DNA of 24,000 bases from Bacillota bacterium (GTDB taxonomy: Bacteria; Bacillota; UBA4882; UBA8346), in assembly GCA_023435225.1 (NCBI GenBank), contig JAEYRX010000076.1, positions 1 to 24,000 of the forward strand. The letters are read 5' to 3'. The position numbers and the translations under genes were made by a program. Each line of letters opens with the position of its first letter. Position 1 is the stretch's first letter. This document shows positions 9,511-18,628 of the stretch, piece by piece. Under the pieces are notes generated by a model. That model was given only the letters and a program-made list of their open reading frames with translations. It ran no database searches and was not told the DNA's origin.

Positions 9511-9646
9511 TCCTAATCAAGCTTTTTGCGTTGTAACCGTGATCTTCATGAACAACACTATATGCAGTGATATGCGTGCTTTAGCCTATCTAACATATAG
9601 TATTACGAATCTTAAATCTATTAACAACGCAAAAAGTCCTAATCAA
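9511..9646. mobile_element. MITE-like non-autonomous element: 115-bp body (9522-9636) with 13-bp perfect terminal inverted repeats, flanked by a 10-bp direct repeat
   Basis: CTTTTTGCGTTGT (9522-9534) is the exact reverse complement of ACAACGCAAAAAG (9624-9636). TCCTAATCAA occurs at 9511-9520 and again at 9637-9646, abutting the inverted repeats (one extra G at 9521). There is no ORF inside. Confidence 0.5.
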
Positions 9647-9696
9647 AATAAAACAGACTTTTCCGTTTTATATTCATGTAAATTTACTTTGGATAT

Positions 9697-12672
9697 TCAC
9701 GATAAAACTAGGATGACCTTATGTTCCCGACCATCTTCCAATAACGGTAAGAAATAGGGCCCGCTTTGGACTTCAATTTTCCTGCCGTCAATTTCAAGTG
9801 AAACATTACTGTCGATTAACCGGCAAAAACCAAGCGGTTTTTGGATAGAAACCTGATAAATGGTTTTCCCGGTATTCAAGGTATATTCCAATAATGCTTC
9901 GTCAGGTCTTAAGATGGGGTTGATTTCAATTCCCCGGCTGGTATATTCGATACCAAAGGCGGCCAGTAAAGAAAGAATCAGCCAGGTGGAGGTGCCGCTA
10001 AGCATCGGCCCAATATTCTCTCCGGTCTCGCTATTATTGTACTGAGTGCAAAAACGGGGGTTGCCGCAGATCGCAAAAGGATTATCCATGGTTTTATACG
10101 GCAAAACCAGGTCGATCATCCAGTAAGCCAAACGGGTCAATTTTTCAGCCAACGCGTGGTTTGTTACCTGTTTGGCCGCTTTAAACATCGCTGCAGTCGC
10201 CATCATGCAAGCATGTTTGAATACTCCACCGTTTTCACGGTCGCCGGGGAAATACTCTCCGGTTGCCCTCCCTTGAGCTACCTTGCTAAGAGCAGCTGGA
10301 GAAACCAACTTGAGTCCGAATGGAGTTTTTAACACCTTTTCAATAATGTCCAACATGGTCTCTATCTTTTCATCGCCGGCCGAGTTTGAAAGAATGGCCC
10401 AATTGAATGAGTTTAGGAAATACACGCCGTCAATCGCCGGATCGGCTGATAAACCGTCTCCCTTGGCTCCCAAGTAGGTAAATTCATTGTTTTTGTACCG
10501 ATTAAATATAACCCGGACAAAAAAGTTTTCCTGCCAGGCATGGGTTTGAAGATTAGCATACAATTGCCCGGATAACTGCTTTAACTTTCCGACATAGGCG
10601 TTATCGCTTTTTAGCCCAGCTAAAATAATTGTTTCGTCTATAGCCAGTTTGAGCAGAAAAGCATTCATGACACTTTCTGAATAATCGCTATCCAGGGGCC
10701 GACCCATCTGTTCCTGATACCATTGCTCTTTGGCGGGACCATTTAGATAATCTTCATCCAGTTTTAAACAATCATTCCAATCAGCACAGTCCAATAAAGG
10801 CATCCCATGTTTTCCAATGGAAATCTCTCCCGAGTACCTAAGGACAGCCTTGACCGTGTCATAGACGGACCGGGTCCGGACGGGGTCAGTCCCTGCTATT
10901 TCGCATTCTTCATTTAGAAACTCTAAATCGCCGGTGAGATTGATATAGCGGGCAAGCGCCTGAATAAACCAGAGGGCGTCATCAGACCATTTCCCGGGCT
11001 CCTTCCCCACCCAGAAAAAGTTATGATAGGCATAACCAAACTCAAAAATTTTACTACACCATTCTTTGAGCAATTCTTTTACAAACTCCGCTTTTCCCAT
11101 ACCGGCAAAGTAATACATGGAGGCATAAATGTCTTGAATCTCCCGGAAGCCGATCTCCCGGTAACCTTTTTGGGTCTGGCAGAAAGACCGGGAGACAAAG
11201 GTTTGGTATAGCACTTGAAATGGCACGTTCAAATTGAAATATTGATTAAAAGATTCATCGGAGGTCTTAATCTGCAGAAAGTTACGGTATTGTTGGTAAA
11301 AACGGTCATTTACGGCGATAGTTTCAGCGATTTTACCCGGCATGGCAAACTGACGGATTAGGTTGTCGATTTCAGCGTGAAAGGTATCGTCATTAAATTG
11401 CGGATTGACTTTTTGGGAAACTACTCCGGTAAAGTTTAAGCAACGGCATTTCTCGCCGGGCGGCAGGAAAAGCGGAGCAGCCAGGGCAAAAAAACCGGGA
11501 CCTTTCCGGTAAAGTTGATTGCTTAATTGATAGAGTCCGGCGGGATTTTCCAAGGTACCGTTCCCAACAAATTCATTGTAGTTAAAACAATACTCCCGCG
11601 GGAAAGTTAGACAATCTCCATGTTGTACCAACATAGTGTGAAAGCGCAAATCGGACTTTGCTTCATCCGGACGATACGCTACACTGGCGGCTTTGATTGA
11701 GCCGTCATCATTCCGGAGCAATTTCGATTGCATAATTATATTGGTATATAATATATCTTCTTGCATGGCATTGGGGTAAGCAGGCCCAAACATGCCGGTA
11801 TAAATCAGCTTCAGTTCCCTGGGCTGACGGCTCGAATTGTGGATTGTAATCTCTTGCGCTTCAACCGCCAAAGGAAACCCCGCTTCCTGGGGAAGCAAAA
11901 AAATTGTCCGTTCAATCTCCAGCCCGCACCGGGTCTGATAACTGATAACGGTTTTGTTTTGGGAATGAGCGCAGACCGCTGTTTTTATATTTTTATCGGT
12001 AGGATCGGCCGAATAAAAAATTTTACGCCCTTTTTCAACTAAATAAAACTGGCGGTTAGCCGGAAATCCGTTTTCCTCCTGACGTAGATCCCATCGGGTC
12101 GCTAATACCTGTGTGGCGGCATGGGTCCGGAAACTACCCCTACCCAATCTGTCGACCACACTTTTGGGGGTGGTTTGCAAGGCATGAGGAAAACCAATTC
12201 GGTTCCCCAGCAGCAGATTGACTCCAAAATGTGGCCCAGGTAAAGGAGAAATCAAGTCAATTACATGTTCTCCCTGTTGATTCAGGTATCCGCCCCAAGC
12301 AGCAGTTTCGGATAAAAGCAACAGGATTGTTTCAGTAACTGGGGCAGGTACATCGGTAATTTCCTTCACGTCATCCTTGGAAGTAAAAATCGATAATATG
12401 GTCCCGGAGTCGTTGGGAAGAATCAATATGGAGGTTTCACTTGTCAATAATGAATTAAAATAAGAATTTACAGTGTGATTATTAATTATTTCAAGCATAA
12501 TCGGCATTTTGCGCTTTATATCGGCGATACCGATTACCCGGTCCATTCCGCTGTCGGCGAAGATGGCGTCAACGACCCATTCCTCCCGGATGATAGAGGA
12601 GAATATGTCCCGCAAAAGCTGATCAGGTGAAGATTTAAGCTCCCGTGTTACAAGTTCTATTGACATTTGCAA
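9697..12672 (-). CDS. Cytoplasmic glycoside phosphorylase of the GH94/GH149/GH161 clan (beta-glucan/oligoglucan phosphorylase; specificity undetermined)
   Basis: 991-aa ORF with no signal peptide. Catalytic-Asp box LDCADWNDCL and DRENGGVFKHACMM are typical of cellobiose/cellodextrin/laminaribiose-type phosphorylases, and the length fits the long (cellodextrin / beta-1,3-oligoglucan) forms. The ORF track starts at TTG 12672; the ATG at 12666 has AAGGAG 8 nt upstream and is the more likely start. Confidence 0.75.
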   Translation of the reverse strand: MQMSIELVTRELKSSPDQLLRDIFSSIIREEWVVDAIFADSGMDRVIGIADIKRKMPIMLEIINNHTVNSYFNSLLTSETSILILPNDSGTILSIFTSKDDVKEITDVPAPVTETILLLLSETAAWGGYLNQQGEHVIDLISPLPGPHFGVNLLLGNRIGFPHALQTTPKSVVDRLGRGSFRTHAATQVLATRWDLRQEENGFPANRQFYLVEKGRKIFYSADPTDKNIKTAVCAHSQNKTVISYQTRCGLEIERTIFLLPQEAGFPLAVEAQEITIHNSSRQPRELKLIYTGMFGPAYPNAMQEDILYTNIIMQSKLLRNDDGSIKAASVAYRPDEAKSDLRFHTMLVQHGDCLTFPREYCFNYNEFVGNGTLENPAGLYQLSNQLYRKGPGFFALAAPLFLPPGEKCRCLNFTGVVSQKVNPQFNDDTFHAEIDNLIRQFAMPGKIAETIAVNDRFYQQYRNFLQIKTSDESFNQYFNLNVPFQVLYQTFVSRSFCQTQKGYREIGFREIQDIYASMYYFAGMGKAEFVKELLKEWCSKIFEFGYAYHNFFWVGKEPGKWSDDALWFIQALARYINLTGDLEFLNEECEIAGTDPVRTRSVYDTVKAVLRYSGEISIGKHGMPLLDCADWNDCLKLDEDYLNGPAKEQWYQEQMGRPLDSDYSESVMNAFLLKLAIDETIILAGLKSDNAYVGKLKQLSGQLYANLQTHAWQENFFVRVIFNRYKNNEFTYLGAKGDGLSADPAIDGVYFLNSFNWAILSNSAGDEKIETMLDIIEKVLKTPFGLKLVSPAALSKVAQGRATGEYFPGDRENGGVFKHACMMATAAMFKAAKQVTNHALAEKLTRLAYWMIDLVLPYKTMDNPFAICGNPRFCTQYNNSETGENIGPMLSGTSTWLILSLLAAFGIEYTSRGIEINPILRPDEALLEYTLNTGKTIYQVSIQKPLGFCRLIDSNVSLEIDGRKIEVQSGPYFLPLLEDGREHKVILVLS

Positions 12673-12748
12673 TGCTCCTTAGCATTTTGATACATCAATC
12701 TATCTTTATTATAAAACACGGGTTGTTTCGGGTATACCGTAAAGATGT

Positions 12749-12778
12749 AATATAATCCTGAAAATCTTAAGATGTCAG
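12749..12778 (-). promoter_or_regulatory. Candidate sigma-A-type promoter for the phosphorylase gene
   Basis: The minus strand reads CTGACA, 18 nt, TATATT, about 80 nt upstream of the start codon. Hexamer match only. Confidence 0.3.
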
Positions 12779-12825
12779 CCCATTGTTAGTATTCCTTCGA
12801 ATTAAATCCATCCTAATAAAACTTT

Positions 12826-14142
12826 TTATAGCGGAAAAGCCCTCTCAATTTCTTCAATCTTGGGGGGGTCAATAGTTATAATATTTCCTATACTCTTTGC
12901 AGCGATAATTGTTTTAGCAGTATATTCAGCAACTTCTAGCCGGTCAAATGCTTTCAACAGACTATTCCCCGTAATAATTAGGGAATAATTATCCATCAAG
13001 ACGATAGGATTTTCTTGCGTCAATAACTTCAAGTCCATCTTACAAATATCGGATTGAAACGGCGCCTTTTGAACATTCCTTAATACAATATAGCTTTCAG
13101 GAATAGTTCGCGAATCGAATTCCTCTTTGGTTACGGCAAAGGCCATGATACCCGGAGGTATAGCATCAATAATGGAGTGAACATCCGGATGGCTATCATA
13201 AATCAACTTATGAAGTAAAACTGAAAAACCAGGTGTTTTCCCTGCTTCTCTTGAATCATCATCAATCCGGACTATTTCATCGATATTCAAATATCTTCTA
13301 TCTACCCCCTGTGGTGTTATAATGAATGAATGCGCATCAAGGCGGATTGAAAAATTTCCATGGGAACCGGCAATAAGTTTCTGATTATAGGCCCGGTGGA
13401 TAAAGGCGCATATATCTTTACGGGCCTGTCGTTCTTCACTGCTGTAACTGTTTGGAACAAATTTTGGCATTACTGCAACTGCTTCACTTTGTATTTGTTT
13501 TGCATCTTCAATTTCCATTTCCTTTAACGAAAGCGGATAGCCGATTTTATAAGCATTTATTTCCATTTGAGCATTAAACTCCAGGGTCTCAAAAACCATA
13601 AAGGCCTTAAAAATATTCTCTTCACCTACTACAACTCCATGATTCTCAAGCATTACAATGTTAACACCACTTTTGAAAGTAGTAGAAATCTTATTGCCCA
13701 AATCAGCGCTGCCTGGTAGGGCATATTCAACCATTTTAATTGAGCCGCAGATCAAGTCCACTTCAGGCAGAAGCTTTATCTGGGGTATTTTACGAACCAT
13801 GCTGAACGATACTAATGCCGGTGGATGAGCATGCACAATCGCTTTAATATCCGGCCTGTTCCGATAGATTGAGCGATGAAAGGGAAGCTCACACGAAGGT
13901 TGGTATTTGCCGATAATTGTTCCATCCGGTTTCACCCTAACAATATCAGAGCTGGTTAATGAGCCTTTATCGATTCCCCCTGGCGTTATCCAAATATCAC
14001 CATTACTATCCAGTAATGATAAATTCCCCCCTGAAGTGGTAGTCATTCCATAATGGTAAATCCGGTTAAGTATCATCACTAATTGTTCCGCCGGTGGTAA
14101 TAATATAATATTTTTGGAACAAACTCCAAATTCATTGTCCAT
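12826..14142 (-). CDS. Tandem class II aldolase/adducin-domain protein (FucA-like N-terminal domain plus a degenerate second domain)
   Basis: 438 aa, about twice the ~215 aa of FucA. The N-terminal half has the full FucA signature: TSGGNLS, PSCE(85)LPFH, IVH(104)AH(106)PP, LENH(168)GVVV. The C-terminal half repeats the fold signature (GSHGNFSIRL, ITPQGVDRRYL, LLKAFDRLE) but reads PGFS(307)VLLH, IID(326)AI(328)PP, MDNY(386)SL at the catalytic positions. Confidence 0.85.
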   Translation of the reverse strand: MDNEFGVCSKNIILLPPAEQLVMILNRIYHYGMTTTSGGNLSLLDSNGDIWITPGGIDKGSLTSSDIVRVKPDGTIIGKYQPSCELPFHRSIYRNRPDIKAIVHAHPPALVSFSMVRKIPQIKLLPEVDLICGSIKMVEYALPGSADLGNKISTTFKSGVNIVMLENHGVVVGEENIFKAFMVFETLEFNAQMEINAYKIGYPLSLKEMEIEDAKQIQSEAVAVMPKFVPNSYSSEERQARKDICAFIHRAYNQKLIAGSHGNFSIRLDAHSFIITPQGVDRRYLNIDEIVRIDDDSREAGKTPGFSVLLHKLIYDSHPDVHSIIDAIPPGIMAFAVTKEEFDSRTIPESYIVLRNVQKAPFQSDICKMDLKLLTQENPIVLMDNYSLIITGNSLLKAFDRLEVAEYTAKTIIAAKSIGNIITIDPPKIEEIERAFPL

Positions 14143-14169
14143 TTCTTTACCTCTGTTTTTTTATTTAAT

Positions 14170-15975
14170 TTATTTACCATATAAGGGCCCAAAATTAGCG
14201 CAAGCCCGGAAATCTGCCCCTTGCGGATCCATAGCTCCGAACATTCCCCAGGCGCTGGGACGAAAAATTCGTTCTCCCGGTACATTATGCATACTTACGG
14301 GGATTCTTAGCATGGACGCCAGAGTAATCAAATCGCCTCCGATATGTCCATAGCTAATAGCGCCATGATTAGCTCCCCAATTGTTCATGACCGAATACAC
14401 ATCCTTGAATGGCCCTACTCCAGTCGTAATAGGAACGAACCAAGTCGTTGGCCAGGTGGGATTGGTCCGCTGGACCAGTATGTCATTTATCTCCACCGGT
14501 AATTCTACGGTATAACCTTCAGCGATCTGCAAAACCGGTCCGAGACCTTTAATGAGGTTAATCCGGGACATAGTAACCGGCATATCGCCACGGGTGGTAA
14601 ATTCGGTCGAAAATCCGCCGCCCCGGAAATATCCAAGATCAGCATAGCGAAAACTGGTTGCTTTCAAACATTGTTCAACCTCGGAAGGGCTAATCTCCCA
14701 AAAGGGTTTCATCGCCGGTTTTCCATTTAGAGATTGTTGACCGGTCCCATCCAAACAAGTCGAACCGGAGTTGATTAAATGGATGATTCCATTGGCTGCC
14801 CTGCCGGATAATGATTTTCCGGTAACCCGTTTTACCGCTTCCGGACTCCAGTAGGTTCGGACATCTGAAAAAATCTGAGCGGTATTAGTTAATAGATGGC
14901 CAAATAACATCGGCGCTCCGTTAAGACTGTCGTTTTCAGTAGCAACTACATATGCTTCCCGGATTCCGTTCCAGTCAAACGAAGAATTGAGGATGGTCTC
15001 CAAAAAGTCGCCATTGGGAAAATGGTCAGTCCATTGCCGTTGTCCTTGAAAACCGGAAAGTATTGCATGGTGACCCATGGCTTCTTCTTCAAATCCCATT
15101 ACTTTTAAGCAGGGATTACCCACCATTAAATCTCGGGCAATCAAAGTCATTTTTATAACAGTCTCCCAGTCTTGATCCTTTTTGGTGCGGGATACTTGAA
15201 CCTCCGCCGGATTTAGATCCGGACCTTCCTCACATTTTTCTTTGACCCAAGCCAAAGCCCGCTTAAACTCTTCCAGGTCATAAATTCCTTCTTCTATTCT
15301 CCTGATAAACTCGGACATATCAATTGCTTCACAACGCATTCCTAAATAACTTTCGAAAAATCCGGGGTCGACGATTGAACCGGCTATACCCATAGAGGTC
15401 CCACCCATCGATAAATATGACTTACCGCGTATTGTTGCTACTGCTAAACCGGCTTTTACAAATTGCAATATTTTTTCTCTTACATCTTGAGGGATACTAA
15501 AATCAGTAGCATCTTGAACGTCCCGTCCATAAATTCCAAACGCCGGTAACCCTTTTTGGTTATGTCCGGCAAGAACCGCTGCCAGATATACCGCTCCGGG
15601 GCGTTCAGTTCCATTAAAGCCCCAAATAGCTTTAGGCGTTAGGGGGTCCATATCCATGGTTTCTGCGCCATAGCACCAACATGGGGTAACCGTTAATGAT
15701 ACACCGACACCTTCACGAGTAAATTTTTCGGCAGTTCGGGCGGCTTCCGCCACTCCACCGATACATGTATCGGCGATAACACATTCCACCGATAAACCGT
15801 TACTATGTTTGAGATTTTCGTTTATTAGCCTGGCGACGGATTTCGCCATTCCCATAGTCTGATCTTCCAAGGATTCCCTAACTCCCCGCCTTCTTCCATC
15901 AATTGTAGGTCGGATTCCAACTTTCGGCATACTACCCTGCAACCTGTTAAATTCTACCCCTTCACCATTACCCAT
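14170..15975 (-). CDS. fucI: L-fucose isomerase
   Basis: 601 aa, collinear along its whole length with E. coli FucI as I recall it: [109 protein letters not shown] lies 9 nt upstream. Confidence 0.95.
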   Translation of the reverse strand: MGNGEGVEFNRLQGSMPKVGIRPTIDGRRRGVRESLEDQTMGMAKSVARLINENLKHSNGLSVECVIADTCIGGVAEAARTAEKFTREGVGVSLTVTPCWCYGAETMDMDPLTPKAIWGFNGTERPGAVYLAAVLAGHNQKGLPAFGIYGRDVQDATDFSIPQDVREKILQFVKAGLAVATIRGKSYLSMGGTSMGIAGSIVDPGFFESYLGMRCEAIDMSEFIRRIEEGIYDLEEFKRALAWVKEKCEEGPDLNPAEVQVSRTKKDQDWETVIKMTLIARDLMVGNPCLKVMGFEEEAMGHHAILSGFQGQRQWTDHFPNGDFLETILNSSFDWNGIREAYVVATENDSLNGAPMLFGHLLTNTAQIFSDVRTYWSPEAVKRVTGKSLSGRAANGIIHLINSGSTCLDGTGQQSLNGKPAMKPFWEISPSEVEQCLKATSFRYADLGYFRGGGFSTEFTTRGDMPVTMSRINLIKGLGPVLQIAEGYTVELPVEINDILVQRTNPTWPTTWFVPITTGVGPFKDVYSVMNNWGANHGAISYGHIGGDLITLASMLRIPVSMHNVPGERIFRPSAWGMFGAMDPQGADFRACANFGPLYGK

Positions 15976-15990
15976 TTAACTTCGCCTCCC

Positions 15991-17469
15991 TTATTGCTCT
16001 TGGATAAGACTTAAATACCTTTGATATTTTTGCTCCAAATCCAAATTTTGCGCTTCGTATTCCCTGACTGAAAAAGACCGTTTAATGACTGCCCTAGCTT
16101 CATCCCGCCCTTTTAAAACACCGATCCCGATAGCCTGAATCAGTAAATTACCTAGCGCAGTAGCCTCGATGGGGCCGACCGTAACCGGTATTTGTAAGGC
16201 ATCAGCAGTTAGCTGCGCTAAAAACTCGTCCTGTGAACCCCCACCCACAATATGCATTGTTGTTAAGGAATTACCGGTTAAGATTTGTAACTTCTCAACA
16301 ACATTACGATACTCCATAGCTAAACTTTCATAGATCGAACGGGCTATTTCGCCAATGGTTTCGGGTACGGTCTGTCCGGTTTCCCGGCAATACTGTTGAA
16401 TCTCTGTAACCATATTCTGCGGCGAAAAGAACCGTTGCTCATTTACATTAACAAGTGGGGTTAGTGATTTTACCTCCCGGGCAGCCTCTGAAATCTTTCT
16501 AAATGTAACGTTTACATCATGATGTTGCCAAATTCGTCGGCATTCCTGGAGCAGCCATAAAGCATTAATGTTTTTGAACAATAAAGCCGTATAATCCAAG
16601 CCTCCTTCATTGGTAAAATTCAATTTACGGGCCTCTTCCGTCACCACCGGTTTCCGGCTTTCAATTCCCAATAAAGACCATGTCCCGCTGCTCAAAAAAC
16701 CGCAACTTGCCGAACCAAGTGGAGCTGCAGCTATTGCGGCGGCAGTATCATGCCCGGCTACAACCACTACTGGTATTGGCCCACATCCCAACTCATTCTG
16801 CAAGGATTTTTTTAATAACCCCAAACATGTTCCCGCCGGTATAATCGGCAATAACTTTTCCTGGTCAAGTCCGATAGTATCCAACAATTCCTTATCCCAA
16901 GATCGGGTGCGGATATTAATCAGTCCGGTAGTTGAGGCTATTGAAAACTCCGTTGCCGGTTCCCCGGTCAATAAATAATTGAATAAATCCGGCATTAATA
17001 AAACTTTATCGGTAAGCTTAATCAATTCCGGTTGGTTGCGAATATCATCACCAAGTTGAAACATGGTATTAAAACTCAAAAACTGCACTCCGGAACGCTC
17101 ATAAAAATATTCTTCTCCATACTGTTCTTTCAACGTATTCATAACCGGTACAGTTCGTTGGTCCCGGTAATGATGGGGGTTGGACAGTAATCTGCCTTGT
17201 TTATCAAACAAGCCATAATCAACACCCCAGGTATCAACCCCAATACTGGATATTTCAACTCCTCCGGCAAGAGCTTTTCTTAGCCCGTTCTTTACTTCAT
17301 GCCAAAGCCTTAAAATATCCCAATAAAAATGGTCGCCTACCCAAACAGGTTCATTGGCGAAACGATGAATCTCCTCAAAACGGATCCGATCGCCGTCAAA
17401 ACTCCCAACTATCGCCCGTCCGCTGGATGCTCCAAAATCAAAGGCCAGCATATGGATTTCTTTTTCCAC
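15991..17469 (-). CDS. FGGY-family sugar kinase, RhaB (rhamnulokinase)-like; probable L-fuculokinase by context
   Basis: 492 aa. FDFGASSGRAIVG, EIHRF, IGVDTWGVDYGL, YRDQRT, SGVQFLSFNT, LLMPDLFNYLLTG, AGHDTAAA, LSSGTWSLLG, FTNEGG and HIVGGGSQ track E. coli RhaB closely. GTG start with GAGGAGG upstream. Sits 15 nt upstream of fucI. Confidence 0.85.
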   Translation of the reverse strand: MEKEIHMLAFDFGASSGRAIVGSFDGDRIRFEEIHRFANEPVWVGDHFYWDILRLWHEVKNGLRKALAGGVEISSIGVDTWGVDYGLFDKQGRLLSNPHHYRDQRTVPVMNTLKEQYGEEYFYERSGVQFLSFNTMFQLGDDIRNQPELIKLTDKVLLMPDLFNYLLTGEPATEFSIASTTGLINIRTRSWDKELLDTIGLDQEKLLPIIPAGTCLGLLKKSLQNELGCGPIPVVVVAGHDTAAAIAAAPLGSASCGFLSSGTWSLLGIESRKPVVTEEARKLNFTNEGGLDYTALLFKNINALWLLQECRRIWQHHDVNVTFRKISEAAREVKSLTPLVNVNEQRFFSPQNMVTEIQQYCRETGQTVPETIGEIARSIYESLAMEYRNVVEKLQILTGNSLTTMHIVGGGSQDEFLAQLTADALQIPVTVGPIEATALGNLLIQAIGIGVLKGRDEARAVIKRSFSVREYEAQNLDLEQKYQRYLSLIQEQ

Positions 17470-17517
17470 ACCCTCCCCCTCCTCTTCTTCAATGCCAAGG
17501 TAAATTATTAAGTTTGG

Positions 17518-18519
17518 TCATTTATTACCGGTTGATTCTCGAATAAAAAATTGTGGTTCCAAAATTACCTTTGTAGTAGTACTTGATATATGTTTGAGGC
17601 GGCGTAATAAAAGCTCCACCGCCATTTGCCCCATTGTATAGGCTGGTTGAACCATACTGGTAAAAAAAGGGTTTAAAATGGCATCAGTATCGGCAGCATC
17701 AAAACAGACTACACTAATATCCTTAGGCACTTCTAAATGGGCCTCATGCAATGCTCTCATTACTCCGTTTGCCAAAAAGTTGTTTGCTGCAAAAATAGCC
17801 GTTGGCCTAAGAATATTTTGCAGGAGCTTCTTAGTTAACAAGTATCCCGTTTCCAGATTAGGTTTCTCACCCCAGAGAAGCATATTTTGATTTATGGAAA
17901 TTCCGGCTTTTTGTTGGGCTGTTTTATAGCCTTCCATCCGCTGCCGGTAAACAGAAATCTCTGGTGTTCCTGAAATCAACGCAATTTGCCGGTGTCCCAA
18001 TTCTATAAGATAATGCACCAGGTCTTCTGCTCCCTTCGAATTATTGGAGCCGACATAATCAATTTGTAAATTGTCAATTTCCCGATCAATAAGCGCTAAG
18101 GGGATATCTCGCTTGATAATTGATTTTATGTTCTTACTCTGTGCCAAGACTGCATCAATGATTATACCGTCGACTCTGCGTTTCATAAAAGTTTGTAAGT
18201 AAGAATATTCTTTGGCGCTGTTTTCATCGGTATTACCATATATAACTACAAATCCACTTTCATTGGCTTTGTCTTCTATACCCCGTAATAAAGTAGTAAA
18301 AAAATTATTGGTAATATCCGGAACTATAACTGCAAAAGTATTGGTGGTTTTCCTTACTAAACTGCCGGCATTAAGATTAGGGATAAAATTAGTTTCTTCT
18401 AAAACTTGCTTGACTCTCTGGCGGGTTTCATACCGAACATACGGATGATTATTGATTACTCGAGAAACCGTTGTTATTGAAACTCCCGCTTTTTTCGCAA
18501 TATCATAAATAGTTGCCAT
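17518..18519 (-). CDS. LacI-family transcriptional regulator
   Basis: 333 aa. N-terminal LacI HTH MATIYDIAKKAGVSITTVSRVINNHPYVRYETRQRV followed by a periplasmic-binding-protein-like effector domain. Lies 48 nt upstream of the kinase gene on the same strand. Confidence 0.92.
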   Translation of the reverse strand: MATIYDIAKKAGVSITTVSRVINNHPYVRYETRQRVKQVLEETNFIPNLNAGSLVRKTTNTFAVIVPDITNNFFTTLLRGIEDKANESGFVVIYGNTDENSAKEYSYLQTFMKRRVDGIIIDAVLAQSKNIKSIIKRDIPLALIDREIDNLQIDYVGSNNSKGAEDLVHYLIELGHRQIALISGTPEISVYRQRMEGYKTAQQKAGISINQNMLLWGEKPNLETGYLLTKKLLQNILRPTAIFAANNFLANGVMRALHEAHLEVPKDISVVCFDAADTDAILNPFFTSMVQPAYTMGQMAVELLLRRLKHISSTTTKVILEPQFFIRESTGNK

Positions 18520-18531
18520 TTTTCTCTTTTA

Positions 18532-18545
18532 TGAAACCCCTTTCA
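18532..18545. promoter_or_regulatory. Palindromic box 1, TGAAACCCCTTTCA (candidate LacI-family operator)
   Basis: TGAAA/TTTCA half-sites around a CCCC centre, 13 nt upstream of the LacI start codon. An identical 14-mer recurs at 18599-18612. Resembles the generic LacI/CcpA-type TGnAAnCGnTTnCA pattern but lacks the central CG. Confidence 0.4.
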
Positions 18546-18598
18546 GATTTTATAATAATTAAATCATGAAATTTTCTCATATAAAGGCAATTTATTTT

Positions 18599-18612
18599 TG
18601 AAACCCCTTTCA
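18599..18612. promoter_or_regulatory. Palindromic box 2, TGAAACCCCTTTCA (candidate LacI-family operator)
   Basis: Exact repeat of box 1, centres 67 bp apart. The flanks are also similar (TTTnTGAAACCCCTTTCAnA). Confidence 0.4.
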
Positions 18613-18628
18613 TAGATGCCTATCTTAT

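Noticed and set aside
9362-9757. 131-aa plus-strand ORF spanning the GH116/phosphorylase spacer
   Set aside because: It runs antisense to the 5' end of the GH116 gene and the 3' end of the phosphorylase gene. It has no recognisable motif or RBS and is a typical shadow ORF.
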